A stretch of 64,000 nucleotides of DNA from Desulfobacterales bacterium (GTDB taxonomy: Bacteria; Desulfobacterota; Desulfobacteria; Desulfobacterales; UBA5852). The DNA is taken from NCBI GenBank assembly GCA_963674755.2, contig CAXXVS010000001.1, forward strand, positions 512,001 through 576,000. Reading direction: 5' to 3'. The translations under genes and the position numbers were made by a program. Below, in pieces: positions 19,901-28,631 of the stretch (position 1 is its first letter; each line of letters begins with the position of its first letter). A model generated the notes under the pieces. That model saw nothing but the letters and a program-made list of their open reading frames with translations. It had not been told where the DNA came from and did no database searches.

Positions 19901-22900
19901 CAGTTTGGCGATGGTGTTGAGATCGCGCAGTTTGAGGTCTTCGGGGACCTCGAGACCGAAGCGCTCGGAGAGTTTGCCGAAGATTTCCACCTGTTTGACG
20001 GTGTCGATGCCCAGATCGGCTTCCAGGTCGAGCGCGTCTTCGAGCATGTCGGTAGTGTAGCCGGTCTGCTCGGCGACGATGGTCTTGACTGTGGCCTGGA
20101 CGTCGGTGACGGCCGGTGTTTCCGTCGCCGGGGCTTGTTGCTGGGTAGCGGCCGTGCTTTGACCGGGCATTTTTGGGGTCAGATAGTCGCCCAGTTTGGC
20201 GATGGTGTTGAGGTCGCGCAGTTTGAGGTCTTCGGGGACATCGAGGCCGAAGCGCTCGGAGAGTTTGCCGAAGATTTCCACTTGCTTGACGGTGTCGATG
20301 CCCAGATCGGCTTCCAGGTCGAGGCCGTCTTCGAGCATGTCGGTGGTGTAGCCGGTCTGCTCGGCAATGATGGCCTTGACCGCGTCCAACATATTCCCGT
20401 CAGCGGCGACTGGCGCCGGTGCCGCCGCCGGCAATTGGTTCTCGGAAAGCGGTTTGGCCTCTGCCGCAGCGACCGGTTGGGACTTGGGCGGCGTGTCGGT
20501 GACCGGCGAAATGACGGTCGGGTCGATACACAGGGTGTTGTTGATGGTCGTCAGGCGGGGCCGTTTGAGGCCACTGATCTTTTGTAGCCAGGCCTGGTAG
20601 CGCGGATTGTCGGCGGCCCGGTTCTCTTCGATACGGCGGATCATGAGAAAAGCGAAGTGGGATCCGAATCCGGCGGCATAGTGCAGACCGAACTCGAAGG
20701 GCCCCTTGGACGCGTCCCGGCTGAAACGCAGGTCCCGGAACTCCTCCGGAATGTTGCTGAGGTTGGCGATGGGCGGCACCTGGTTGTGCTGAAGGGCCTT
20801 GACCATGACGGCGTCTTCGATGGCGGCGCCCAAAGTATGCCCGGTATAGCCTTTGGTATTGGTGATGGTGATGTCGCGGTAGTGTTCCGGAAAGGTCTTC
20901 TTGAGGGAGGCCACCTCGGCCGAGGCGCTTCCGCCCCGGGCAGGGGTGAAGGTCTCGTGGGACATGAAGACCATCTTGCGGGTGTAGTCGCGGCGATCGA
21001 GATCGTGACGGTGTTCCACCCGGCGCACGAAGCCTTCCATCTCCTCGGTCAGATGGCCGAGGTCGATCTGGGTGGCGTGATAGGCGCTGTTGCCGATATA
21101 GGTGCCCAGGATTTCGGCCTGACCGTTCAAGCCCCGCTCCCGGACCTGGTCTTCGCGTTCCACGATGAGGGAAACGGCGCCGGCGCCTAAAATGGTGCCG
21201 TTGCGGTCGGCGTCAAAGGGTTTGGCGGCCTCGGCCACCACGTTTTTGATGCTGGCGGCTCCGAGGGCCAGAAAGCCGGAAGCGATCCACGGACTTTGGG
21301 TTTCCGAGGTGGAGGCCTCGCCGCCGATCACGACGACCCGGTCGCAGCGTCCGGTGCGGATCCAGTCCTCGGCCACTCCGACGGCCTGGGTGGTGGAGGC
21401 ACAGGCGCCGCTCATGAGCATGTTGGGCCCCTTGGCTTTGATCAGCTGGGCGAAGTGGGCCGATCCCAGAGGCACCACATCGAAGAGCAGGTTGCGCTCG
21501 AACTGGTAGGTGCCGTATTTCTTGCGGCGCTCCTTGATTTTGAAAAACCAGTCGGTGATCTGTTCCTTGATGTCCGCGTCCCGCACGGATTCCATCAGAT
21601 GGTAGTAGATGTTCTCCAGCTCCTTGTAGGGCCGCACGTAGAACTTGTTGTAGTAGTATTTGTTGAGTTGCTCGATCAGGGTTTCAAACCCCGGAAAGAG
21701 AGAGGTCATGATGACGCCCGTGCGCCCCTGGAGCTCCCGCGGCAGGGCATAGCCGGCCGGAATCTGCTGCCCGGTGGAGGTTTGCTTGTGCTGCAGAACC
21801 AGGGGGATATGGGCGTCTTTGAGGGCCTCGATGCCGGCGGCGATGGCCAGGGAGATCGTGATGTCGTAGTCATAGTCCACGCCGTACTCGTTTTTCAGAT
21901 TGAAATAGCCGAGTTTGCCGGCTAGCTGGATCACGTCCTGGGTGTCGGTGATCTTGAGAAAGCGGGCATTGCCGTCGGGCTGCTTGAACACCCGGGTGAT
22001 ATTCATGTCGACAATTTTCTCCTTCTCCTGGGCGGAGAGCGGCTCGATAAAATTGTTGCCGCTGAGAAGCTTGTCGAAGTTGTTGGAATTGAAGACTTTG
22101 TTGCCGGTGCCCGGCAGTCCGATGGCGGTTCCGGCCACGACGGTCTTGCCCGTATAGAAGTTGAAGCGCTCCACCTCCTTGAGGGCCTGCTCCCGCTTCT
22201 GCTTCAGAAACTCCTGGTAGAGTACGCCCCGCAGGGCCTCTTCATTCTTCTGAAGAAAGGCTTCGAAGTCCGGGGCTTCCGCCAGGGCGGGTGGGCTGAC
22301 AACCTCCTCCGGCAGGTGGTCCGGGGAGGCCTGTGACGCCGCTTCGGCGGCATCTGTTCTTGCGATCAAGCCTTCTGCTGCCAGATGTGCTTTGAATTCC
22401 GCGAACGATTTGGTTTCACCGGCCTTGGCATCCACCGACGGCCGGGCATGGTAGTCTTCGATGCGGATATTCTTCAGTAGGTTGACCAGAATGCGGCCAG
22501 CGCCGATTTCGTAAAACCGAGCGTGGCCGGACTGGCGCACCCGCTCCACCGAGCGGATGAATTCCACCGGCGAGACGATCTGGCGCACCAGCAGGGCTTT
22601 GATCTCCTCGGTCTCTTCCGGATAGGGCGCAGCCGTCACGTTGGAGATAATCCGGCTGGTGTCCACCGGCCGGAAGGTGACGTCCCGCAGGTAGGCGGCC
22701 ATGCTGTCCGCCGCGCTTTGGAAGAGCGGCGTGTGGAAGGCGCCGGAAAGGGCCAGGGCCTTGAACATGACCTTGACTTCCTTGAGGTAGCCTCCGAAGG
22801 CTTCGATGGCCTCCTGGGCGCCCGAGACGGCGGTCTGGTTGTCGCTGTTCTTGTTGGCCACATAGATGTTGCGGATGCGGGAGGCCCGGATCAGCTGGTG

Positions 22901-25900
22901 GACGCGGTCGGCATTCTTGAAGACCACCATGATGCGGCCCGGCTGAACCTCGGTGGCCGCCTTCATGAAGTCGGCCCGTTTGACGATCAGCTGCATGGCG
23001 GCTTCGAAATTCAGCAGGCCGGCGCAGTACAGGGCGGTGTATTCGCCCACGCTGTGGCCGATAAAGCGGTCCGGTGCAAAGCCCCGGGCGGCCAGATCCG
23101 TATAGATGGCCGCCGAGCTCAAAAAGACCGCCGGCTGGGTGTTTTCGGTCAGGTTCAAACGGGCATCTTTGCCGAACATGATATCCAGCAGGCTGTAGCC
23201 GCGCATCTCCTGGAAGATCCGGTTGCCCTGGTCCAGGGTGGCCCGGATGGAGCGGTTTTCATGGTAGAGATCCTGCAGCATGCCGCCATACTGGGCCCCC
23301 TGGCCGGACACAAGCGCCACCACGCCGTTAGGTTTCGTGGGGATGGCGGCTGCGGGGCGGCGTGTCACCGCCGCGGTGGCTGTTACGGCCGGTTGGACGT
23401 CCGTTTGCAGCCAGGGCGGCAGGGTGCCGACTACGGTGTGGCCGTGGTTGCCGCCCACCCCGTTGACATTGGCGGCGAAGTAGAGGGTCTGCCGATTTTC
23501 CGGCTGTCGCAGGCGGGCGTTGGGCGCGAGACATGAATCGGAGCCCACAATGGCGGTATCGGGTGCGTAGCTGAAGTTGGGCAGCAGGGTTTGGGCACGG
23601 TTCATGAGGAGCAGCTTGGCAAGGGCGACGGCCGGGTTGGCGGATTTGAAATAGCCGAACTCCGGCTTGATGTTGCCGAAATAGACCGGCCGGTCAAAGG
23701 TGCGCTCGATGGCCTGCTTCTCCATCTGATCAAGCAGGCTGTTGGCCACGCCGAAGACGTCCAGGTGATCGATCTGGCGGGTGTTGACCGGCAGGCGGCG
23801 ATAGCTGTCCCGGATGGTGTCCCGATAGACTTTTTCGGACGGGGCCAGAAGATGGTCCGGCACGGAAGAACGGAAGGCGCTGTGGAGGAACTCGCCGATC
23901 ACAGGCATGCGGTGCTTTTTGGCATGGCCGTAGGTGGTCATGACCAGCAGGGCCGCGCCTTCGCTCATAACATAGCCCTTGGCCTGCTTGTCGAAGAAAC
24001 GGCAGTCTCCGTCGGACAGCAGGCTCAGGCGTTTGAAGGCCAGCATCACGGTGGGGTAGAAATTGGCGTCCACTCCGCCGGTTAGCACGCTGTCGAACTC
24101 CCCGCTGCGCAGGCCCATGGCCGCCAGCCGGGTGGCCACGGTGGCCGACGCACAGGAGGCGTCCACCACGAAATTGGCCCCGTTACAGCCGAAGGTGTTG
24201 GCAATGCGTCCGGAAACGATGTTGGACAGCAGACCGGGGATCGTGTCCTCGTTATTTTCAGGAATGCGGTCCCGGATTTGCTCCCCCAGACGGGCGGCGA
24301 TGGCTTTTTTGGTTTTCTCCGCGGTGCCTGCCAGGCGGTTGATGATGCCTTCGATCATCCCCAGGCGGACCCGCAGGATGTTCTGCACCTGGCGCTCCCC
24401 CGGCAGGGTCCCCAGCACCACCCCCACCCGGTTGCCGTGGGCCAGCTGGGATTCCAGGGTGGCGGCGTCGATGGCCTGCCGGGCGGCATCCAGGGCGAAG
24501 AGCTGGGCCCGGTCCAGGGAACGGGCCGTGGCCGGCGGGATGCGGAATTGCACGTTGTTGAAGCGGTAGTCCTTCACCACCCCGGCTTTGACGAGGGGGA
24601 TGTGGTAGCTGGCGTCGGCCGGCTCGGCGGCATAGGCGCTGTTATGAAAGCGTTCTTCCGGGATGGTGGACAGCACCGATCGGCCTTCGGTCAGGTTGTG
24701 CCAGAAGGTATCCACGTCCGGCGATTCCGGCAGTACGACGCCCATACCGGCAAAAACGATGCGGTCGTCGTTGAAGTCGTAGTCCAGGTCGGCAAAGATG
24801 CGGCGCGGCCGGCAGGTGTGTTCGGGAGTGTGCTCGGCCACCACGCAGTGGTAGTTGATGCCGCCGAAGCCGTAGGAGCTCACGGCCGCCATGCGCGGGC
24901 GGCCGGCGTCGGCCTCCCACTCCCGGGCCTCCTCGATGATATAGAGCGGGGTGTCCCTAAGGCTGTGGGCCGGGGCCAGCGTTTCGAAGCGGCCGTTGGG
25001 GGGCAGGGTGTGATGGTTGATGGCCAGAATGGCCTTGATCATGCCGGCATAGCCGGCGCCGCCCAGCAGATGGCCGATCTGGGATTTGATGGAGCTGATG
25101 CCGATGGGGTGCTCGCTCCGGTAGATTTTCTTGAGCGTTTCGATTTCGGCCTGGTCGCCGGCGATGGTCGATGTCCCATGGGCTTCGATATACCCGATGT
25201 CGGAAACCGTCACCGGATCGCGCATGTCCGCAAAGCAGCGTTCCAGCGCCAAGGCTTGCCCGTCGGGGTTGGGGGCGGCGATGGCTTTGCCTTTGCCGTC
25301 CGAGCTGGATCCGATGCCTTTCACCACGGCATAAATCTTGTCTCCGTCCCGCAGGGCGTCTTTCAAGCGTTTGAGGACCACCACGCCGGCGCCTTCCCCC
25401 AGGACGAACCCGTCGGCCCGGGTATCGAAGGGGTAGGAACCTTTGGCCGAAAGGGCTCCCATCTTGGAAAATCCCACGAAGGATTCCGGGGCCAGGTTGG
25501 TGTTGACCCCGCCGGAAATCACCAGGTCGTATTCGCCGCTGAGCAATTCCTTGACAGCACAGTCCAAGGCGGCAAAGGAAGTCGCGCAGGCTGCGTCCAC
25601 CACATAGTTGATGCCCGTGATGCCCAAATGGTGGGCGATGCGGGAGGCTTCGATATTGAGCAACTGGCCGTGCACGGGTTCGTAGTCCATCCCGTTGGCC
25701 ATGCCCTCGCGCAGGGTCGTGAGCAGCGCTTCGCGTTCGTCTTCCGCCAGGGTGTTGAATTCCTCGATCTGCTCCAGGTGATGACGTACTTCGGGATACC
25801 AGTATTTCAGGTGCAGATCGTTGCCCAGTTCGTTGCCCAGGCAGGTGGCCACAATGACGGCCGTGGAGGCCTGGTAGGCCGCATCCAGACTCAAATCCTC

Positions 25901-28300
25901 TTGCAGATAACCGGCGTCGGCCACGGCCCGGTAGGCCGCTTCCAGAACCATTTGCTGACTGCGGGAAAGGCGGGTTGCCTTGTCGGCGGTGTAGCCGTAG
26001 CGGTCGTGGTCGAAATGGAAATCCCGCACCACGCCGGCGATCTTAGTGTAGCTCTTGTCGGTGGCCTTGCGATTCTCGTCGAAATAGAGGGCCGGATCCA
26101 GACGGTCAGCCGGCATTTCACCGATGGCGTAGGCTTTGGCAATGACATTTTCCCAGAGTTGTTCCGGGCTGTCGGCCCCCGGGTAAATGCAGCCCATGCC
26201 GATTACGGCGACGTCGTCTTCAATGGCATGGCGTGGGCTGGTGAGAACTTCAAGCGCGTTGAGCTGCCGGAAGAGATCTTCCTTGCGGTGGAAGAAGGTC
26301 TTGTGGATATCTTCGATGGTGGTGCTGCAAGGGTTGAAGGCCAACCCATCCCCCACCATGAAGTTGCCCTTTTCGAATTGTTCCTTTTCATCGTAATGGA
26401 GAAAGCAGACGTCGCCGCTTGCTTTGTCAAACTTCGGGCAAAAGGCCTTGGCGCCGATCAGCAGGGATCCGATATTGTCTTTTTCAAAGGCTTTCTTGCG
26501 CTCCTCCAGGGAGAGCCCCTCCCGTATGCGCTGGTGCTCGTTTTCGATCATGCGCTGGGAGAAGGGGGTCGCCACCGTGCGGGAGGCCAACCCCACCGTG
26601 GTCCCCATGACGATGGTTTCATCCCGCTCGCAGACCACGTCCTGGTAGATTTTTTTGATGGCGCCGGTTTCGATGATTTCGCAGGAGAAAAGATAGGCCG
26701 TACCCACCTGAATGCCGATCTTGACGCCCCGGCCGGCCAAGCGGGCGGTCATGCCGGAAATGAAGTGGGGCGCCCGGTGGGTGCCGATCCCACCGGCGAA
26801 GATCATGGTTTTGTCCCCCAGCTGGCCGTCCGGCAGCGCGCTCATTTTCTCCATGGCGAGCTCCCACAGCACCAGGCTGCTCAAGGTGCCCACGTGGCCG
26901 CCGGCCTCGGCGCCTTCGAAGATAAACCGCCGGCAGCCTTTCTGCAGGGCGTTTTCGAGCATCATCAGGCTGGGGGTGTGGAGATAGGTCTTGGTTCCGG
27001 CCGCTTCCAGATCCTTCACCTGGGAGGGAATCCCCCCGGCGAAAAGGGCAAAGGGCGCGTTGTATTTCTTTACGGAATCCAGGTGGTGGCTGATGGTGGG
27101 GTTGAAGGCTTCGATGCCGATCATGCCGGCCCCGAAGCGCTCCACCTTGGCTTGGCCGGCGGCCAGCATGTCGTCGGCCAGATTGGCCGGCAGGTTGCCC
27201 AGGGCGAAAAAGGGCAGGCCGCCGGCGGCGAAGACCGCGGCGGCGAAATCGGCATTGTCGCTCACATTGGCCATGGGGCCCTGGATGATGGGGTAGCGCG
27301 TGCCGTGCTCCCGGGCCAGGGCGCTCTCCGCCCGCATGGGGTCATGGGCGTCGACGGCCTGCAGCTGTTCGCCGATATGGGTGAAGAGGCCCGTTATCAT
27401 GGCGGCCAGGGTGGCGCTGTGGCGGGCGAAGTGCCGTGCAAAGACCGCGTCCTGACCCAGGTAGAAGAGACTTTGCAGGGGCGTGTCGCTGGGCGTGCCC
27501 AGATCGGCCATGTTTGCTTCGATGTCGTGGTAGAGCAGGGCATCGGCATCTTCCCCGCCGGCCAGCTGGATTTCCCGATCCCGCAGGGTCTTGACGATGC
27601 GGGTGCCCAGCTTGGCGAAGAAATGGTAGCGGACCTGGAGGGATTGACCGATGATGGTGGCATCCTTTTCCTCCAACTGGCCGATGACATCCTTGTATAC
27701 CGGGGCCAGGGGGGCTTCTTGGGCCAGGAAGAGCTGGTTGTCCAGGACGATGCCTTCCGCGCCCATGGCGAACAGGCCGGCGGCCGTATGCCAGCCCACA
27801 CCGCCGTGGACGAATACGGGCCACTCGCCGTTGTTGAGGTACCACTGCAGCAGGACAAAGGACGAATAGCGGGAAACCTTGCCCGGTCCTTCATGGCCTT
27901 TGACGATCAGGCCGTGGGGGTCGATGCGCGTCAGCGAATCCTTCAGGTTGATGTCGGTGGTTTCGATGAAGAACCGATAATCGCGGTTGTCGAACCGGAA
28001 TCCATCCAGATCGGCGGGGGTGCGATAGGTGAAAACGATCAGGTCCAGGTTGGCGATGCTGTTGGTTTCCAGATAGTCACGCAGGGCCTGGTTATCGACG
28101 GCCAGACGCAGGCCGAAGATCAGCTCGTTTTGGGAGAGGGTTTCGACCATTTGGATGATATCGGTATTGGTGAAAAACTCCGTGTCCAGCATCGGCAGGG
28201 CGCCGGCCGTATGGAGGCTTCGGAAATAAGTGAGGTCGAATACCTTCGATGGATGATAAACCAACAGGGGCAAACGGGCACTGATACGTCTCGCGATCAT
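16985..28300 (-). CDS. Single-chain type I FAS/PKS, PUFA-synthase (Pfa)-like, 3771 aa: FabK/PfaD-like ER x2, KS, degenerate KS, AT, KS, ACP x3, KR, DH
   Basis: ER (YPIIQGPMANV, EGAEAGGHVG); KS1 DAACATS/EAHGTST/IGHLLGG; KS2 DASCAS lacking both His; AT GQGAQ/GHSVG/SGAFH; KS3 GACAST/SHETFT/TGHTLGA; 3 ACPs; KR TGGARGIT/YTAAN; DH DH...FLG/DAMFQ. Confidence 0.93.
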   Translation of the reverse strand: MIARRISARLPLLVYHPSKVFDLTYFRSLHTAGALPMLDTEFFTNTDIIQMVETLSQNELIFGLRLAVDNQALRDYLETNSIANLDLIVFTYRTPADLDGFRFDNRDYRFFIETTDINLKDSLTRIDPHGLIVKGHEGPGKVSRYSSFVLLQWYLNNGEWPVFVHGGVGWHTAAGLFAMGAEGIVLDNQLFLAQEAPLAPVYKDVIGQLEEKDATIIGQSLQVRYHFFAKLGTRIVKTLRDREIQLAGGEDADALLYHDIEANMADLGTPSDTPLQSLFYLGQDAVFARHFARHSATLAAMITGLFTHIGEQLQAVDAHDPMRAESALAREHGTRYPIIQGPMANVSDNADFAAAVFAAGGLPFFALGNLPANLADDMLAAGQAKVERFGAGMIGIEAFNPTISHHLDSVKKYNAPFALFAGGIPSQVKDLEAAGTKTYLHTPSLMMLENALQKGCRRFIFEGAEAGGHVGTLSSLVLWELAMEKMSALPDGQLGDKTMIFAGGIGTHRAPHFISGMTARLAGRGVKIGIQVGTAYLFSCEIIETGAIKKIYQDVVCERDETIVMGTTVGLASRTVATPFSQRMIENEHQRIREGLSLEERKKAFEKDNIGSLLIGAKAFCPKFDKASGDVCFLHYDEKEQFEKGNFMVGDGLAFNPCSTTIEDIHKTFFHRKEDLFRQLNALEVLTSPRHAIEDDVAVIGMGCIYPGADSPEQLWENVIAKAYAIGEMPADRLDPALYFDENRKATDKSYTKIAGVVRDFHFDHDRYGYTADKATRLSRSQQMVLEAAYRAVADAGYLQEDLSLDAAYQASTAVIVATCLGNELGNDLHLKYWYPEVRHHLEQIEEFNTLAEDEREALLTTLREGMANGMDYEPVHGQLLNIEASRIAHHLGITGINYVVDAACATSFAALDCAVKELLSGEYDLVISGGVNTNLAPESFVGFSKMGALSAKGSYPFDTRADGFVLGEGAGVVVLKRLKDALRDGDKIYAVVKGIGSSSDGKGKAIAAPNPDGQALALERCFADMRDPVTVSDIGYIEAHGTSTIAGDQAEIETLKKIYRSEHPIGISSIKSQIGHLLGGAGYAGMIKAILAINHHTLPPNGRFETLAPAHSLRDTPLYIIEEAREWEADAGRPRMAAVSSYGFGGINYHCVVAEHTPEHTCRPRRIFADLDYDFNDDRIVFAGMGVVLPESPDVDTFWHNLTEGRSVLSTIPEERFHNSAYAAEPADASYHIPLVKAGVVKDYRFNNVQFRIPPATARSLDRAQLFALDAARQAIDAATLESQLAHGNRVGVVLGTLPGERQVQNILRVRLGMIEGIINRLAGTAEKTKKAIAARLGEQIRDRIPENNEDTIPGLLSNIVSGRIANTFGCNGANFVVDASCASATVATRLAAMGLRSGEFDSVLTGGVDANFYPTVMLAFKRLSLLSDGDCRFFDKQAKGYVMSEGAALLVMTTYGHAKKHRMPVIGEFLHSAFRSSVPDHLLAPSEKVYRDTIRDSYRRLPVNTRQIDHLDVFGVANSLLDQMEKQAIERTFDRPVYFGNIKPEFGYFKSANPAVALAKLLLMNRAQTLLPNFSYAPDTAIVGSDSCLAPNARLRQPENRQTLYFAANVNGVGGNHGHTVVGTLPPWLQTDVQPAVTATAAVTRRPAAAIPTKPNGVVALVSGQGAQYGGMLQDLYHENRSIRATLDQGNRIFQEMRGYSLLDIMFGKDARLNLTENTQPAVFLSSAAIYTDLAARGFAPDRFIGHSVGEYTALYCAGLLNFEAAMQLIVKRADFMKAATEVQPGRIMVVFKNADRVHQLIRASRIRNIYVANKNSDNQTAVSGAQEAIEAFGGYLKEVKVMFKALALSGAFHTPLFQSAADSMAAYLRDVTFRPVDTSRIISNVTAAPYPEETEEIKALLVRQIVSPVEFIRSVERVRQSGHARFYEIGAGRILVNLLKNIRIEDYHARPSVDAKAGETKSFAEFKAHLAAEGLIARTDAAEAASQASPDHLPEEVVSPPALAEAPDFEAFLQKNEEALRGVLYQEFLKQKREQALKEVERFNFYTGKTVVAGTAIGLPGTGNKVFNSNNFDKLLSGNNFIEPLSAQEKEKIVDMNITRVFKQPDGNARFLKITDTQDVIQLAGKLGYFNLKNEYGVDYDYDITISLAIAAGIEALKDAHIPLVLQHKQTSTGQQIPAGYALPRELQGRTGVIMTSLFPGFETLIEQLNKYYYNKFYVRPYKELENIYYHLMESVRDADIKEQITDWFFKIKERRKKYGTYQFERNLLFDVVPLGSAHFAQLIKAKGPNMLMSGACASTTQAVGVAEDWIRTGRCDRVVVIGGEASTSETQSPWIASGFLALGAASIKNVVAEAAKPFDADRNGTILGAGAVSLIVEREDQVRERGLNGQAEILGTYIGNSAYHATQIDLGHLTEEMEGFVRRVEHRHDLDRRDYTRKMVFMSHETFTPARGGSASAEVASLKKTFPEHYRDITITNTKGYTGHTLGAAIEDAVMVKALQHNQVPPIANLSNIPEEFRDLRFSRDASKGPFEFGLHYAAGFGSHFAFLMIRRIEENRAADNPRYQAWLQKISGLKRPRLTTINNTLCIDPTVISPVTDTPPKSQPVAAAEAKPLSENQLPAAAPAPVAADGNMLDAVKAIIAEQTGYTTDMLEDGLDLEADLGIDTVKQVEIFGKLSERFGLDVPEDLKLRDLNTIAKLGDYLTPKMPGQSTAATQQQAPATETPAVTDVQATVKTIVAEQTGYTTDMLEDALDLEADLGIDTVKQVEIFGKLSERFGLEVPEDLKLRDLNTIAKLGDYLAQKVPVGNAATAPQTPAVEMQSADGDVQATVKAIVAEQTGYTTDMLEDGLDLEADLGIDTVKQVEIFGKVSERFGIEVPEDLKLRDLNTIAKLSDYLAKQLPGSPEAQATTETPAAAEPAARGPVAAVPLDSAVKRLVIEAVPAANESSRPADKMTGQRVLITTGGSQLAAVMAEHITARGGHAVLVGSGDSVEFPCDWQDRQKVSALPGHLLDSGQRIDGVIHLLPLETYGTADRLAPQRIAGSLKAFFVLIRGLYDQLDRPGTFIAVPTVHSTVFPYRKTSAAIDPLMAGLAGMLKTVNKELKDTRVKVVDLAESEFRQAPETIVTTLLDELLSGDPRVECGYANGNKWVLQLTPQAPHTGKRFVREGDTFLVTGGARGITFEILKALTAAVKVKLVILGRSNLDDLDADLADPALDLPALMARLKTRMPEAKPLAVKQALNRTLNLRASLRNLETLRASGAGVTYHAVDVTDAASVHAVLARTGKMDGVLHAAGIEESQFITKKTMASFDRVFDTKVRGLHNLLKALEGNPLRYLMAFSSVTARLGNEGQVDYTAANDTIGKMLQHYQALHPDTMVKIFDWTAWEGAGMATNETVNKVLKQRGLTFLPLEDGVAHFMQELGDTNTSEVVFSGIDRAFDTDGLLAPEDAAPAGPQAPFLDRLVEQTADSRIYRRILDLQRDLFLLDHSREDIPIFLGATGIEAMAEAAATLVPPQAALQEVRDFKIPYGIKILKGRPKEILVEAVRSEKDDEVFDCRIRSQFRNPKGIAMGEPTLHYQGAYRFGPTPLPSEQVTLPPFRPVDYAGDIQELLYHPSRLFMDGLFRTVEDIVSFEPQRLISRIVNRSTKPFFADCPQPDFLTDVAVVDAMFQTGGMLEVMTTNIIVLPYAIGRMRFYRPLAKGRPYLCITEKTDQGEETNTYQLRLVDEAGRLHMAIDDFQMVQVDRLAGEDQILHALQTGSARRAS
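19595..20390 (-). repeat. Three tandem ACP-coding repeats, 291-bp period
   Basis: Near-identical AEQTGYTTDMLED(G/A)LDLEADLGIDTVKQVEIFGK...DLKLRDLNTIAKL units; Thr codons at 20291-20293, 20000-20002 and 19709-19711. Confidence 0.95.
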
Positions 28301-28472
28301 GCGGTCTCTCCTGAATAGAGCTGTTTAGCGATGAAAACCTCCGGCGGATCACGGCATCGCCGGAAAAGGGCCTTGGTTGTTGCGGGTCCTGACCACATCG
28401 GGTAAAGCCTGCGCCAGCCGCCGGACGGCTTAAGTGACGATCGTGTGTGGTCCCGCAAAACCCATCGACACA

Positions 28473-28488
28473 AGCAATTCCGATGCCA
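28473..28488 (-). promoter_or_regulatory. Sigma54 (-24/-12) promoter of the PKS operon
   Basis: Minus strand TGGCATCGGAATTGCT = GG-N10-GC, close to the TGGCAC-N5-TTGC consensus. Confidence 0.8.
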
Positions 28489-28504
28489 TGCCGAATAATG
28501 GCCT

Positions 28505-28517
28505 TAACACATTGATA
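28505..28517 (-). promoter_or_regulatory. IHF-binding site
   Basis: Minus strand TATCAATGTGTTA matches WATCAANNNNTTR and lies between the sigma54 site and the upstream palindrome. Confidence 0.6.
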
Positions 28518-28573
28518 AAATACAACTAAATTTTAAAATGGGAATGATGGGGAGGATGCAGTTGGATTTCAGG

Positions 28574-28590
28574 TGTGCATGGCGTGCACA
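28574..28590. promoter_or_regulatory. Candidate upstream activator sequence for a sigma54 enhancer-binding protein
   Basis: Perfect palindrome TGTGCA-N5-TGCACA about 90-100 bp upstream of the -24 element. Confidence 0.55.
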
Positions 28591-28631
28591 GGCTGTCGAC
28601 ATGCGGTGTGCGGAAGGTGCTGATTTAAGCG

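Noticed and set aside
19595..20390. Long near-identical DNA repeats as a mobile element or assembly duplication
   Set aside because: They are in-frame tandem ACP domains with distinct linkers and synonymous differences
24278..28318. 1346-aa plus-strand ORF antisense to the megasynthase
   Set aside because: Fully overlaps a motif-rich gene on the opposite strand and has no recognisable motifs; long antisense ORFs are expected from high-GC codon bias
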